Source: Octopus vulgaris (lineage: Eukaryota). From it: DNA of 64,000 nucleotides. The stretch lies in the NCBI GenBank assembly GCA_951406725.2, contig OX597831.1, forward strand, positions 20,398,001-20,462,000, in the 5' to 3' direction. Below are positions 44,065 to 57,951 of this stretch, in pieces. The notes under the pieces were generated by a model, which was not told the DNA's origin, made no database searches, and saw only the letters and a list, made by a program, of their open reading frames with translations. Within the stretch, counting starts at the first letter, position 1, and the number at the start of each line of letters is the position of its first letter. The translations under genes and the position numbers were made by a program.

Positions 44065-44604
44065 TGAGTGAGAGAGCAGTTCAAGCCATCAAAGTGACAC
44101 TGGGGTAAAATATACGAAGCCCAATATACCCATCATGACTACCCGTCTGATAAGGGTACACCTGGCACATGCATCACAACCATATGTACGCGACATGGTG
44201 ATCTCATATCAAGATAAACAGCGCATGACCTTGCAGGTGGGGCCCAATTTGAATTTTCTTCTGGTCGAGTAGCCCATCCCGCTCAAAATGTCCCTGAATA
44301 AAGATTGTTTAAGGATGTTGAACGAAACACCCAAGTTTCCAAAACCCCAACGAATTCCTCTCAACACATGGCTATGATGCCCTCCTCTACTTCTGCTTGT
44401 GATCAGAGATGCACATATCATCAGCCACTAAGGGACATGCTCAACTGGTTAAGGTCAAACAACTGACAAGCAAATCTGTGGTATTGAGCAGAATATTTGC
44501 TGTAGCCCATCTTTTATACAAAGACAAAACAATGTACATGATAATACTTCCAATCAGTTAAGATCAGAAGCCATGAGAGTCACTGTCTGGTACTGCATCA
44601 GGGC

Positions 44605-44608
<4 letters not shown>
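44065..44608 (-). mobile_element. Family E element, longest copy
   Basis: Reverse match with extra 5' sequence; (TTA)n flanks. Confidence 0.9.
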
Positions 44609-44688
<80 letters not shown>

Positions 44689-44696
44689 CATTATTA

Positions 44697-44778
<82 letters not shown>

Positions 44779-44795
44779 CATTATTATCATTATTA

Positions 44796-44870
<75 letters not shown>

Positions 44871-45599
44871 TTGAACAAAAATAGTGTTCGTTATTGTAAA
44901 TAAACTCTTCGATTTCACTATCTTTCTAATCTCCACTTCGACCGACTTAACCTCGATTAATTAGTGATTCTTCAAAAATGTTTATTTATTAATTCAAATT
45001 AGATGCTTCCACATTTTTATCGATTATTTAGTTTAAATTTATTAATTAAGAATTTTAGCAATCGGAGGTAGAGGTGGTGGTGTTGGCGGTGGAAGATTTG
45101 CGACCTTTTGTCATTATTGTTGATACGTTGAGCTCTTCTTCTAACTATACGATGTGTTCCATGACTTTATGGTCTTTATGAATTCCTACAGGGAAAATTG
45201 GTTTAATTAGCGAACAAACCGCAATTCGTTTTAAAATCTCTACTTTGGTAGCTTTAAATTCTTATTCTTGGTGTTTTGGTTTTGACTTTAATAATTGACT
45301 TTATAATTTTTATGATTTACTTTTATAAACTTCAGATTTATTTCTTTAATTAAAACACCCACGTTACTGTCTCCTGAATGGTACTTCTTTCTAGTGGAGT
45401 ACCATCAAATATAATTGTAAAAGTGATGTGCTGTAGTCGAGTTTGAATAAAGTTGGAAATTATGAGAAGTATAAACTGTTGATTTGGGATCTTTTCCTTG
45501 ATTCGACTGTTCCGTTTAGTGTGTCCTTGGATATTTGACCTCGACTCATGTTACCTGTTGTTAGGGGTCACTCCCACAAAGCACCCATTGACGAAGCTT

Positions 45600-45985
45600 A
45601 TCTGTATATCTAAGATTGTCTTTAAGTGTTATTGCATGACAGAGATCAGTTTGTAACATTATGCAACAGGGTACGTAGCTCGGAGGTCAAGAAATCCCTC
45701 CATCACGAGTCGCTACTTCTCTGCATTGAGATGTCTCACTTCCGGAACTACAGAAATGTGATTAACATGTCGCAGGAAGGAATCGGAAGACGGATTCTTC
45801 AGGACGAGACTAAGAACGAGATGGTTGGATATTTAAACAATCTCAATTGGTCACTTTTGGAAATCCAACGGTATTTCTCATGATAGCTGCTTCTGACAGG
45901 ACCCTATGAAAGAGGTAAGGGCTCTATCCTCTAAGCCAAGACCCAGCCCCAGAAATAATGGACAGAGAAGATGAATGAAGGATGT
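45600..45985 (+). mobile_element. Decayed RTE-like LINE 3' end
   Basis: RVRSSEVKKSL..ESLLLCIE...MSQEGIGRRIL. Confidence 0.55.
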
Positions 45986-46804
45986 TACCATAAAAAAACC
46001 TGGTTAAATTCAGTGAAACATCGTTGCTTTTTATTCAAAGACAAAGACGCGTAGTCTAGTTGTTGGGGGTGTTCGGTCTACGATCATAAGGTTGTGGGAT
46101 CATTTCCTGGACGGGGCAGCACATTGTATTCTTGAATAAGGTACTTTATTTCACGTTGCGTCGGTCTTCTTAGCTGTATATGAGTCTAGTGCTGGGCATT
46201 TCTGTCTCCTTCCATTACACCCTGGGTCAAAGGTGAGGGAACCGAGAGAGTGTATATTTCTGCTTGCAACTACATAAGTGCTTAAAACTATAGTATATAT
46301 AAACCATAGTTTATATATAAACTATAGTATATATAAAACTATAGTATATATAAACCATAGTTTATATTATCAAGTCATACTCGCTCGCAAAGGACCGATG
46401 ACTAATTTTTATTAAAATACTTATTCAAATATTTCATGCACCTAATAAATTCCTGTAAAGTTTGCTGTATTTTTCAAAATTAATTAAATTTGCTAATGAC
46501 TTTAATTTAGTCTGGTGATCATGTTGGTTGATGGTTACCAAAAGTTTATTTTAATTTTATCAATCCTACAGACAGGTCATTGAAACATCTAAGTCAGTTG
46601 TCTGGTTTATATTGTTTATCTAAATTATGATCATCAACCATATAATGAATGGTCATATTTGCGTTATCAATTTGCTTTTAAAAGCTTTGATATTTTCTGC
46701 AGAGTAGGATGATTTCTGTGTCATGACTCCTCCATATTGCCGTAAAGCTGTTTTCAGTTTGCTGAACTATGAATTTGGTACACCGTTGTCAAAACTTTTG
46801 CCTT

Positions 46805-47210
46805 TTATCTTTTATTCGTTTCATTCATTTGACGGCGGCCATGCTGGAGTATCGTCTTGAGGAGTATAGTCGAAAATTCGAAGTCAGTACTTCGTTTTGT
46901 TTGAGGTTTCATTTATTCTAGCTATCATTTTGTCGAACCACTATGTATGTCACGGAGACGTAAAATAAGAACAATACCAGTTGACAAGCGGTAGATGGGG
47001 ACAAAAACAAAGTCACACACTTAGATACATGGGTAGATACACACACACACACAAACACACACACACATCCATGCATGCCCGCCCGCCCGCACACACGCAT
47101 ATTTCGGTATGTATATGGCGATCTTCTTTCTGTTTCTCTCTGCCAAATCCACTCACAAGTCTTTGATCAGACCGGGGCTATAAGAGAAGACATTTGCCCA
47201 AGGTTCCACG
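46805..47210 (-). mobile_element. Old SINE family A copy
   Basis: Diverged reverse match. Confidence 0.7.
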
Positions 47211-47254
47211 AATGTAGAGATATAACGATATTCCCCGGACATTAATATTGATTT

Positions 47255-47664
47255 AAAATTTCGTACAAGGCCAGTAATTTAGGGAACATATTAAATCGAT
47301 TACATCAACCACAGTGATCAACTCGCACTTATTTAATCGACTATGAAAAGCAAAGTCGACTCCGGCGGAATTTGAACTCAGAACGTAACAACAGACTAAA
47401 TGACGCTAAGCATTGTGCCCAGTGTGGTAATGATTCTTATTTCTTTACTGCCCAGAAGGGGCTACACACAGAGGGGACAAACAAGGACAGACAAACGGAT
47501 TAAATCGATTACCCCAGTGCGTAACTGGTACTTAATTTATCGACCCCGAAAAGATGAAAGGCAAAGTCGACCTCGGTGGAATTTGAACTCAGAACGTAGC
47601 GGCAGACGAAATATCGCTTAGTATTTCGCCCGGCGTGCTAACGTTTCTGCCAACTTGCTGCCTT
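47255..47664 (-). mobile_element. Two SINE family B copies
   Basis: Reverse matches. Confidence 0.82.
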
Positions 47665-48345
47665 ATCTGTCTGTCTGTGTATCTGTCTAAAATGAAACAA
47701 ATTTTAAGGGACGTCTAAATATAATAAAACATGAATAAAATTTGATACACATTCGTGTACACTTACAAAAAGAGAGCTGGAAAAGTGAAGCGGTAGTACA
47801 TATAGATCTCTCGTTGATATTAATCCAATCAATGTGCAACAAACTTAGGAGAACGTTGTGAAAAACATGTACAAAATATATACAACGAATCATCCACTGC
47901 ACACAGCGATGTGCACCCTACACTCTATACATATGCACATTCAACAGCTTTCAATATGCATATGCATAGAATGGCATGAAAATATGATGGATGCTGATTC
48001 GAGACGTCGGATGGAGTGAATGCTATCTATCTCTTGCATTTAGGTTTTAAATTCAGCGCTTAAATGTAGATAAATAAAAATAGTTAAACGGTACTATTTT
48101 GATATTTACATTTATTAATGAGACAGTGTGAGTAAGATTGTTTATGATAGAGTTACATAGTTTTATAAATATAATACAAACAAAGAGAAGTCTGAATTGA
48201 AAAATATGATTAAGACAAAACCGTTACAAAAAAGCTCAATATGCTAAGACCAGACTTTTTTCAAATGTTTTGTTATCATTAACGAACAGAGGAGGAAATT
48301 GTTGTGCTCCGGTATTCAAGTAGTTTTCAGTATGTATGTATGGCT

Positions 48346-48548
48346 GTGGAGGCGCAATGAATGGCCCAGTGGTATGTCTGTGTGGAAGGCAGCGGACTCG
48401 CGGTCGGAGGATAGCGGTTTCGTATTCCCAGACCGGGCGTTGTGTGTGTTTATTGAGCGAAAACACCTAAAACTCCACGAGGCTCCAGCAGGGTGGGTGG
48501 GTGGCGACCCCTCTGGTACTCTTTCGCCTCAACTTTCTCTCACTGTTT
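48346..48548 (+). mobile_element. SINE family C, 3'-truncated
   Basis: Match to the 30282 copy. Confidence 0.8.
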
Positions 48549-48647
48549 CTTGAGTAACGCTGCGATGTTTTTGTTAAATATTGATGTTGTTTTTGTTTCT
48601 GTTGAATAACATTTTTTGAAAACAGCTGCAATAATTATGCACCAACC

Positions 48648-48693
<46 letters not shown>

Positions 48694-48786
48694 ATCCAAA
48701 CAAGAAAACACAGAAAAAAACACAGCAACGCGAGGACCTGGAACAATTAAAGTATTATTTGACGCTCAGGAAAGAAGGGAAGGAGG

Positions 48787-48821
48787 GTTTAACGTTTCGA
48801 GCGGAGCTCTTCGTCGGAAAC
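48787..48821 (-). ncRNA. Minimal hammerhead-like motif (U4C variant)
   Basis: Minus strand GTTT-CCGACGA-A-GAGC-tcc-GCTC-GAAA-CG-TT-AAAC; stems I and II perfect. Confidence 0.65.
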
Positions 48822-49099
48822 AAAGGAGAAGGAAAGATCCCGAGAAGGGAAGACAGAGGAAAATATTTTTTTTGCTAGTGGTGCTCAAGAGATCACATGT
48901 TGAATATATATATACGTGTATGTATGTGTGTGTTTGTGTGCGTAACATAGGCCAACAGAAGACGTTTTTTCTCTCTTGTCAAAACATTTCAACATGAATT
49001 AGTGTTTTATTTGACAGAATTTGAAAAGGACACTCATTTATTACTATCACCATGATTTTAAGGATTTTAAAGCATTATTTTTTTCTATAAAACAGCTCA

Positions 49100-49965
49100 T
49101 GAGAAACGAGACATAACGTAAAACTTATGTGACTGTGGAGATTTATGTACAGATTTATGCTGCTATTTGCTACCAACTTTTGAAAGTTCTCCAGCGTGTT
49201 GTCAACTATTTCGGTGTAGTTGGCTGCGTTCTTGTTGCCTAGAAAGTAATTTATGACTATTACAAATTAATTTCATGCAGTTGCCTCAATGAAAATTATT
49301 GAATTTACGACGTTCCCATCTTACATCAATTTTGAGGCTCATTAACTGCTCAATCTGTTATCATTTGATTGCTCTGATCAGGAAATGTGCTGCAGATATG
49401 ACGCGGTGTCAAAAGGTTCTCGGACTAGTTATATTTAATAAAAAAAAAAAAATTTATTTACCTACGTTTTAACATCATGTTCTTTGAAATAGTCGCCTTG
49501 CACAGCAATACACCGGCCCCAGCGTTCCTGCCACTTTTGGAATCCGGCTTGGAAGACGTTTTCTGTGTGCGAATCGAGAACCTTTTGCGATTAGTTCTGG
49601 ATCTCAACAACTGTGTTAAAACGGCGATCTTTGAGCTGTATTTTCCAGTTGGGAAGAGATGGAAGTCCGCATACCGAGAGCATGATCTATCTTTATCCCG
49701 TGCTATAACAAACTGCTTCATAATACCAAGTTCGATATGAAGTGGAGGTAGGATGATTTTTTTTCCCGGTTGAACGAAAGGCTCTTCAACCACATTGAAA
49801 GAACTTAGAATTAATACCCGCTGTGGCAATTCATTGATCACCCAATGTATTTTACCTGACTCTGTTGTCCCACAAACTTAAAAAGCATGGCTATTTAGTG
49901 CTTCTGCATTGCTATTCCAGTCAAAACATTTACCATCTTAAAGACCACATATATCACCCTCTGAT
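49100..49965 (-). pseudogene. DNA transposase remnant, probably Chapaev3 (CMC) type
   Basis: KIILPPLHIELGIMKQFVIA; PCF..LWDNR; FLGNKNAANYTEIV; family name assigned from motif recall. Confidence 0.65.
49398..49670 (-). mobile_element. Mariner 3' end nested in the above
   Basis: ADFHLFP...LKDRRF...FQAGFQKWQERWGRCIAVQGDYF. Confidence 0.8.
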
Positions 49966-50634
49966 GCTTGTGGAGTTTAAGTACCTTAAAAATCTAGACG
50001 TGATGGTAAAAAATGGTTTCCATTCTTGGATTTAGCATATAAAAGAACCTTCAAATCAGGTAAAAAAGTGCTGATAAAAAATAGCTGTTGTATAATGTAA
50101 TCGGATACAGTTTCGAACATGCTTAAAAATGAACCTTATATATATCTATATGTATGTACACATTAACACTCACGCACACCCACACATTTATCTTAGCATG
50201 TAAATACAGAGTAAAAAAGAATTCCTTTTAACAGAAAAGTTTGAGACCATCCTAGGACTGCGAACCCACAGCTCCTATGGAGATAGAAGGCATTCTACTA
50301 TTGCCCCAAAGCAATCAGCTAAAATTTTCGGTACCACTTTGCAAACTTATATTTACCGACGAAACTGCATGTTCTTCACTACATCAAACTTTAGAAAGTT
50401 CATGAGAATGTGAACTGAATATTTTTTGGACTAGTGGATCTCGAAGTAAAAAAAGGTATAAATAATAGCGTGCAAATATTGAGGTGAAAATCCCTTTGGA
50501 TAGAAAAAACTCACAGGCTACCTACGGAACTCGAACCCACAATCGAACATTTAGAGGCTATCATTTATAGCTTTATCTGCTTCGAGGTTCATTGCTCCAA
50601 AAATAATTATTTTATGATCTTACGGAGTTTACAC

Positions 50635-50707
<73 letters not shown>

Positions 50708-50989
50708 CTCTCACACATATATGTATGTATATAGATAATATTACATAAGTATTATATATATATATCGACGTACATTGATATAGACACATATGTATATGAA
50801 TATAGACATATGCTCTTTCATTTACACCTAAATACATATACAAACACAACACACACATACGTGCACACACACATACACTCTATACATATAACAAACGTGC
50901 ATACGTTTACAAATATATACACACATATATGTATATGTATATACATACGTACATGATATCCTGATGTATTTTATTCCGAAGTATTATAT

Positions 50990-51024
50990 ATCCATATATA
51001 CATATCTATACATATATACATACC

Positions 51025-51069
<45 letters not shown>

Positions 51070-51182
51070 ATGTGTATACGTAACATATATATATATGTAT
51101 ATATATATATACACACACACATATATATATATATGCATACGTATATATATATATATATACATGCATATATATATATACATAC

Positions 51183-51233
<51 letters not shown>

Positions 51234-51326
51234 CATATATATACATATATATACCTACATATATGTACATATATATATATATATACCAATATATATATAT
51301 ATATATATATACCTACATATATGTAC

Positions 51327-51358
<32 letters not shown>

Positions 51359-51370
51359 ATACATATTTGT

Positions 51371-51405
<35 letters not shown>

Positions 51406-51418
51406 CATATTTGTATAC

Positions 51419-51505
<87 letters not shown>

Positions 51506-51535
51506 TATATATGTATATGTATGTATATATACATA
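50990..51535. repeat. Degenerate (TA)n tract
   Basis: Visible tract. Confidence 0.95.
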
Positions 51536-52041
51536 TTTTTTTCTATCTATGTTCATTGTTTTTGGTTTTCTTGTTTTACTGTTTCCATGTTGCTGTTGCT
51601 TCAGATAATAAATTACTTCACATCAGAGAAACCTTTCAAACCCACAGCTAATCATCTTTATCATTGCTTTTAACGTCTCTTCCAGGTCATTCCATAGAAA
51701 TTGAATATGTAAGCTCCAATACGCACACAACACCAAAAAAAAAAACATATCTCTTGTATTTTCACTCGCCCTCTCTCTCTCTCTCTCTCTCTCTCTTTGC
51801 TCTCTGTCTGTCTGTCTGTCTTTCTCTTTGACTCTTACTGCATATCTATGTTCATGTATGTATGAATGTATGCATGCGTGAACGTATGTGTGTACGTACG
51901 TATATATATGTATGTATATGTGTGTGTATGTATGAATGTGTGTGTGTGTGTGTGGTTGTACGTATTTATGTATGTGTATGTAAATGTATTTAGCTGTCTC
52001 TCTGTAACTCTCACTCCACCTCTGTATGTATGTGTGTGTAC

Positions 52042-52093
<52 letters not shown>

Positions 52094-52100
52094 TAAACAC

Positions 52101-52181
<81 letters not shown>

Positions 52182-52249
52182 GTTTTCATATATATATACA
52201 TATATATGTACATATATATATGTATATATATATATATTTATGTTTATTA

Positions 52250-52296
<47 letters not shown>

Positions 52297-52345
52297 TATA
52301 TATGCATAAAGTATGCATGTGTAAAATGCACACAGACACACAGAA

Positions 52346-52376
<31 letters not shown>

Positions 52377-52563
52377 CATATATTTATGTATATACTTACG
52401 CTCAGACATATGTATGTATATATATATGATTATACACACACACACATATATATATATGTACACATACGCATGCACAAATATATATATATATCTATGCGCA
52501 GAAATGTATTTATATATATATCTAAGTATGCATTTATACGCATATCTATAAATATGTGCTTGC

Positions 52564-52621
<58 letters not shown>

Positions 52622-52690
52622 TAATGTATATGAAAGCATATCCACGAATATATATATAAATATTACACACACATCAACATGTAATATGCA

Positions 52691-52724
<34 letters not shown>

Positions 52725-52749
52725 CATATATGTATATATATATGTGTGT

Positions 52750-52787
<38 letters not shown>

Positions 52788-53317
52788 TTGTGTGTGTGTG
52801 TGTGTGTAATTAGTGAGTTAAATTGCTAGAAATGCAACACTTTCATTATTTTGTATCCGAATTCCATAATATCAGAATTTTGCATATTTTCTATTCTGTT
52901 ATTTATTGAATATCGGTTTATCAGAATTTAATAACTTAATGAAGAATACAAGCTGTTGCATTGTTTCAGAATAACGGCAAACAACGTATGGATTTATTTT
53001 TGTTTTTATATAAATAGATGAACATATATTCATATACATACAAAGCAAACCCACGCATAGAAACAAACGTTCACCCGCACATAAACTTATATTATGCTGT
53101 TCCATGTTCTTATGCCGCTGGGATCGGTGTCACTGACGTTTCGGATTGACTCTTTCATCGGGAAAATAATCATTCTGTCTCACGAGGTATTTTCCGTCAG
53201 CTTTATTGTTGATATTCCCAATAATTGATATTGATATTTTTATATCTATTTCTCGTTTTTTCTCTCTTTTTGCTTGTCTCTCTATTCCTGTATCAATACA
53301 CACATACACACCAACAC

Positions 53318-53364
<47 letters not shown>

Positions 53365-53384
53365 AACACACGCGTCTGCGGACA

Positions 53385-53870
53385 TGTCTGATAAATCTGG
53401 ATGGACTCAGGAAACTTTTTGTATTGTTGGGAGCTATAAGACTGTGTTCCTAATCACCAGTCCATGTTGGGAGAGTTAGAAGAGAGGATGGCCATAGGCG
53501 TTCATGTTCCAAATACCATGATGAACAATAATGCCGGGCCAGACAAGATGATTTTGACCGGCTCTGGCATCGAAATCTCCGAGCAGAATGATCTTGTCAG
53601 ACTTGGGTATTTTCGGATGACATTGTCCAAGTACTTGTAGAACCTGTCCTTGGCTTACTCAGGAGAGTCCTAGGTGGTTGGATAGGCATTGATGATGGTG
53701 GCGTATTGGCCTTTGGAGTGATCGAGCTGCTGCAGGATGAGACGCTCATGCTGCTCGATGGGGAAGTTCTGCCATCCTTTTTTACAATGGAGGTCTTCAC
53801 AGCAAAGACTACTCCATGAGTTCTGTCGTTGCCATCGGGGACACCCTTCCAGTAGAAAGTGTATCACTCT
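53385..53870 (-). pseudogene. RTE-clade LINE AP-endonuclease fragment
   Basis: YATIINAYPTT...DKIILLGDFDARAG...WPGII...ITNT. Confidence 0.8.
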
Positions 53871-54004
53871 TCCTGTTTAGTGAGAAAGCCCTACACACAC
53901 ACGCGCGCGCACACACACACACACGCACACACAAACCCACACATATTCATAAGCGCATCTGTCTGTCGACTAATCTCATCTCTAGTTACCTATCAGTGTA
54001 AGTA

Positions 54005-54035
<31 letters not shown>

Positions 54036-54040
54036 TTGTG

Positions 54041-54076
<36 letters not shown>

Positions 54077-54223
54077 GTACAAAGACGGACAGATAGGGAA
54101 AGACGAGATAAATACATACATACATACATACATACATACATAGATAGATAGATAGAAAGACAGAGAGACGCGCTTGTTTGTCGGTGTATATCTTTCTCAT
54201 TTACATTATGGACACGGCCACAC

Positions 54224-54288
<65 letters not shown>

Positions 54289-54760
54289 ATCTCAAGAAGA
54301 GATAGACTAGTAACATATACTAAACAGCAAAGCGAGTAGCCACATCAAAGTGGCAGTTGAATGTTACTACTAGTTTAACCCCAGGCGGATTCGCCGTCAG
54401 CTGGTTTTCGGTGCAAGCTTAGCACCCTTTATATACAATACAGCGATAGCAGGGGGATCGAACCCCTACTACCATCCAGAGGCTAACAGGATCGCGGGAC
54501 AGGCCCAGTCTCGAGGTATTTGGTTCATCCTCATATACATACATACATACATACATACATACATACATACATACATACGTACACACATACATACATACAT
54601 ACATACGTACATACATACATACATACATACATACATACATACATACATACATACACATAAGTGGGAATAAATATTACCTCTTAATATACCTGTGTATGTG
54701 TATATACGTATTCGTGTGTCTATAATGAGAGTGAGAAGTATATACATAAACAAAGAAGCA

Positions 54761-54841
<81 letters not shown>

Positions 54842-54863
54842 CATCTCTACTTATCCGTCCGTC

Positions 54864-54899
<36 letters not shown>

Positions 54900-54994
54900 T
54901 ACACTCGCTCACAGATACATAGAGACGGATAGGCAACTAGAGATGAGATAGGTCGACAGGTATGCGTTTATGAATATATATATATATTTATTTA

Positions 54995-55042
<48 letters not shown>

Positions 55043-56044
55043 TGTGTGTGGATGTGTGTGTCCATTTCTCCATTTCTCTATAATACTAACTATATACACA
55101 TATACGCATACACCTATACAGATACACAATCATAGAAACACATAAACAGTAGATATATGGAACGATGGAGTAAACCTCCACCTTCTCCTCTCTTCTTCCT
55201 TCTCTCCCACTACGCCACCAACTTCAAAAATCCACTTATCTTCTCCTTATCTCTTTACAATATTTACCCACAATACACTATGATAAGCAAACACAGATTC
55301 GTAGCGTTCTTTCACTTTGAAGAAATTACTTACCTTCTCAGAATTCTTTCTTCTATTTTTATGATTGCAAAAGGAAAAATAATTACCATTTTTCAGACGG
55401 GTTTCTTGAATTGTTAATTAAACAATTCATTTCGCATCTGCTACTTTCCCAGTCGTTGTTGTTGGAACAGATGATCCTGGCCCAGTCGATATCTCAGACA
55501 AAGCCTGCCTGGCCTCTGGATGTGTCGTTCGTTCTCTTACTCCTCTCTCGGCGTCTCCTATTGTCCCATGGATAAAGGCACTTCATTGTTTCCTATTCCC
55601 TCCTTCTTATATTTTTGTTAAACCTAATCGTTAACTTCTCGATAATGAATATGTAATAATAGAAACTTCTCTCTATCGCTGTCTCACTCTCCGTCTCTCT
55701 CTGTCTGTCTGTCTGTCTCTTTTCTCGCACTAGTATCTTGATGTGCTGAGGTCTTGGAATACCGTATCTAATGTTGCATAAGCTTCCGTAGAAATAACTA
55801 AATGGTGAACGATTGTGACCGCTCGTTGAGCATAACGTCCCACGGTTCGTTTCTGTTTCTCTGACGGAGCTGCAAACAAAAGACTAGGCCAAACAAAAGC
55901 CAAGGTTAGATGCCTGGTACCTGGAATGGTATCGAGCACTTGCAAATTTCTATCAATTGGTGGTATGTCAACCCTTGTATTACGTGGATGATTTGAGGGA
56001 AGCAAGAACAACGACATACTCGGAGAGACCGAAGGGTAAAGAAA

Positions 56045-56857
56045 AGAATGCCTGGACAATTTCATGGGGATGTTGAAGATAAGACAGACAGAGAAAAAAG
56101 ATGGCTGTGGATGACTAAAAATGATCTAAAACCGGAAACGGAGGCTCTAATCTGTTCTACTCAAGAGCAAGCACCAAGAACAAGCTACATAAAATACAGA
56201 ATAAACAACACATCAGAAACTGATAAGTGCAGAATTTGTGCACAAAATGGTAAGGCCCTATTGAATATTACCAGCAAATGGACGCCACTAGCCCAGAAGG
56301 AATATAAGAGAGGCCATGACAATATAGCAAGGCTGGTCAATTGGACACTTTGCAACTAGTATGGACTTGACAGAGCAAAAAAATTGTTACGACCACAAAC
56401 CCGAAGATATCATGTGAGATTTTATGATTCAGTGCGACCATGAGGTAGAGAATAGGAAGCCAGACATAGTCTTAATTGAGAAAGAAAGCAAACTATGCTG
56501 GATCATAGATATAGCATGCCCAGCTGACAACAAAGTATGCCATAAGGAAGAAAGAAAAGTCAATTGATATGACAGGTTAACTTGGGAGGTTGAGTAGTTG
56601 TGGTAGCACCAATAAAAAAAGTGTAGTAGCACCAATAATTGTCGGAGCCCTGGGAACAGTGTGTAAAAATCTTGAGAAGTACATGGAACAAATAGGGGCT
56701 GCAATAAGGTTAGAGCACTTGCAGAAAACAACACTGCTTGGAACCGCTCGAATTCTCCGGAAGGTGTTCGAAAAATAAGAGGTGTTACCTTAGTTCACTG
56801 GTAGTGAACAGCTGACACCGTAGTGCATCTCCAGCGTTAGAAGCTGTGCAAAGCGAT
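56045..56857 (+). mobile_element. R4/Dong LINE 3' fragment
   Basis: GQF...LKPETEALICSTQEQA...CRIC...KPDIVL...IDIACP...PIIVGALG...LQKTTLLGTARILRKV; (AAT)n tail. Confidence 0.9.
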
Positions 56858-56875
56858 AATAATAATAATAATAAT

Positions 56876-57285
56876 TGTTTTGTCTTGGATGGGTTACAGC
56901 AAATATTCTGCTCAATACCACAGATTTGCTTGTCGGTTGCTTAACTTTAACTAGTTGTTCATGTTTCTTAGTGGCTGACGATATGTACATCTCTAATCAC
57001 GAGCAGAAGTAGTGTGGGAGCATCATAGCCATGTATTGAGAGAAATTCTTTGAGGTTTGGATAATTCACCTTTGGAAACAAAGTTGTTTTGTTCAACATC
57101 CTAAAACAACCCTTATTAGAAAAATTCATACTGGGACTCACCTGCAAGGCCATGCGCTTTTTATTTTGATATGAGATCACTGTGTCGCGTACATATGGTT
57201 GTGATGCATGTGCCTGGTGTACTCTTATCAAATGGGTAGTCATGATGGATATACTGGGCTTCGTATATTTTGCCCCAGTGTCACG
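56876..57285 (+). mobile_element. Family E element (diverged)
   Basis: Match to the 32385 copy; directly after the Dong (AAT)n tail. Confidence 0.85.
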
Positions 57286-57362
57286 TTGGCGCCATGCAAA
57301 CACAATAATAATAATAGTTGTGTCTATATCTAAGTATGTGTGTTGGGATATATATATATATA

Positions 57363-57951
57363 TGTAGCTGCCGGTCAAGTAGTGTGGAGCGACTGACCTC
57401 CCTTGTTCGAAGGTTATATGGATACAGTTTGTGTATCAAATAAGCTAACTTAAGGCGATGGCCTCATGGAGCTAATAAGCGGACAGCTTTATTCTTATTT
57501 TTATAAGAATGCCATATTAGTATGGCGATAACTATTATTTTCCGGGAACGCTGCCGTTGTTCTCTTTTAGAGAGACTTAGTAATTTTAATATTTCTATTA
57601 TTGAAAACAAGTGGATGTATTCCACCGAATCTAGGTAAATAAAACCTTCGAACAGAGATTGTCAGAAGCGACACCTACTGGTCTGGCAACGCTGCATTGA
57701 AAAGGGGCAATACCCCGAAACGCGTCTGTAGCTGCCGGTCAAGTAGTGTGGAGCGACTGACCTCCCTTGTTCGAAGGTTATATGGATACAGTTTGTGTAT
57801 CAAATAGCTAACTTAAGGCGATGGCCTCATGGAGCTAATAAGCGGACAGCTTTATTCTTATTTTTATAAGAATGCCATATTAGTATGGCGATAACTATTA
57901 TTTTCCGGGAACGCTGCCGTTGTTCTCTTTTAGAGAGACTTAGTAATTTTA

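Noticed and set aside
46286-46366. ~16-bp tandem TATAGTATATATAAAC repeat as a regulatory array
   Set aside because: A short AT-rich slippage repeat with no evidence of function
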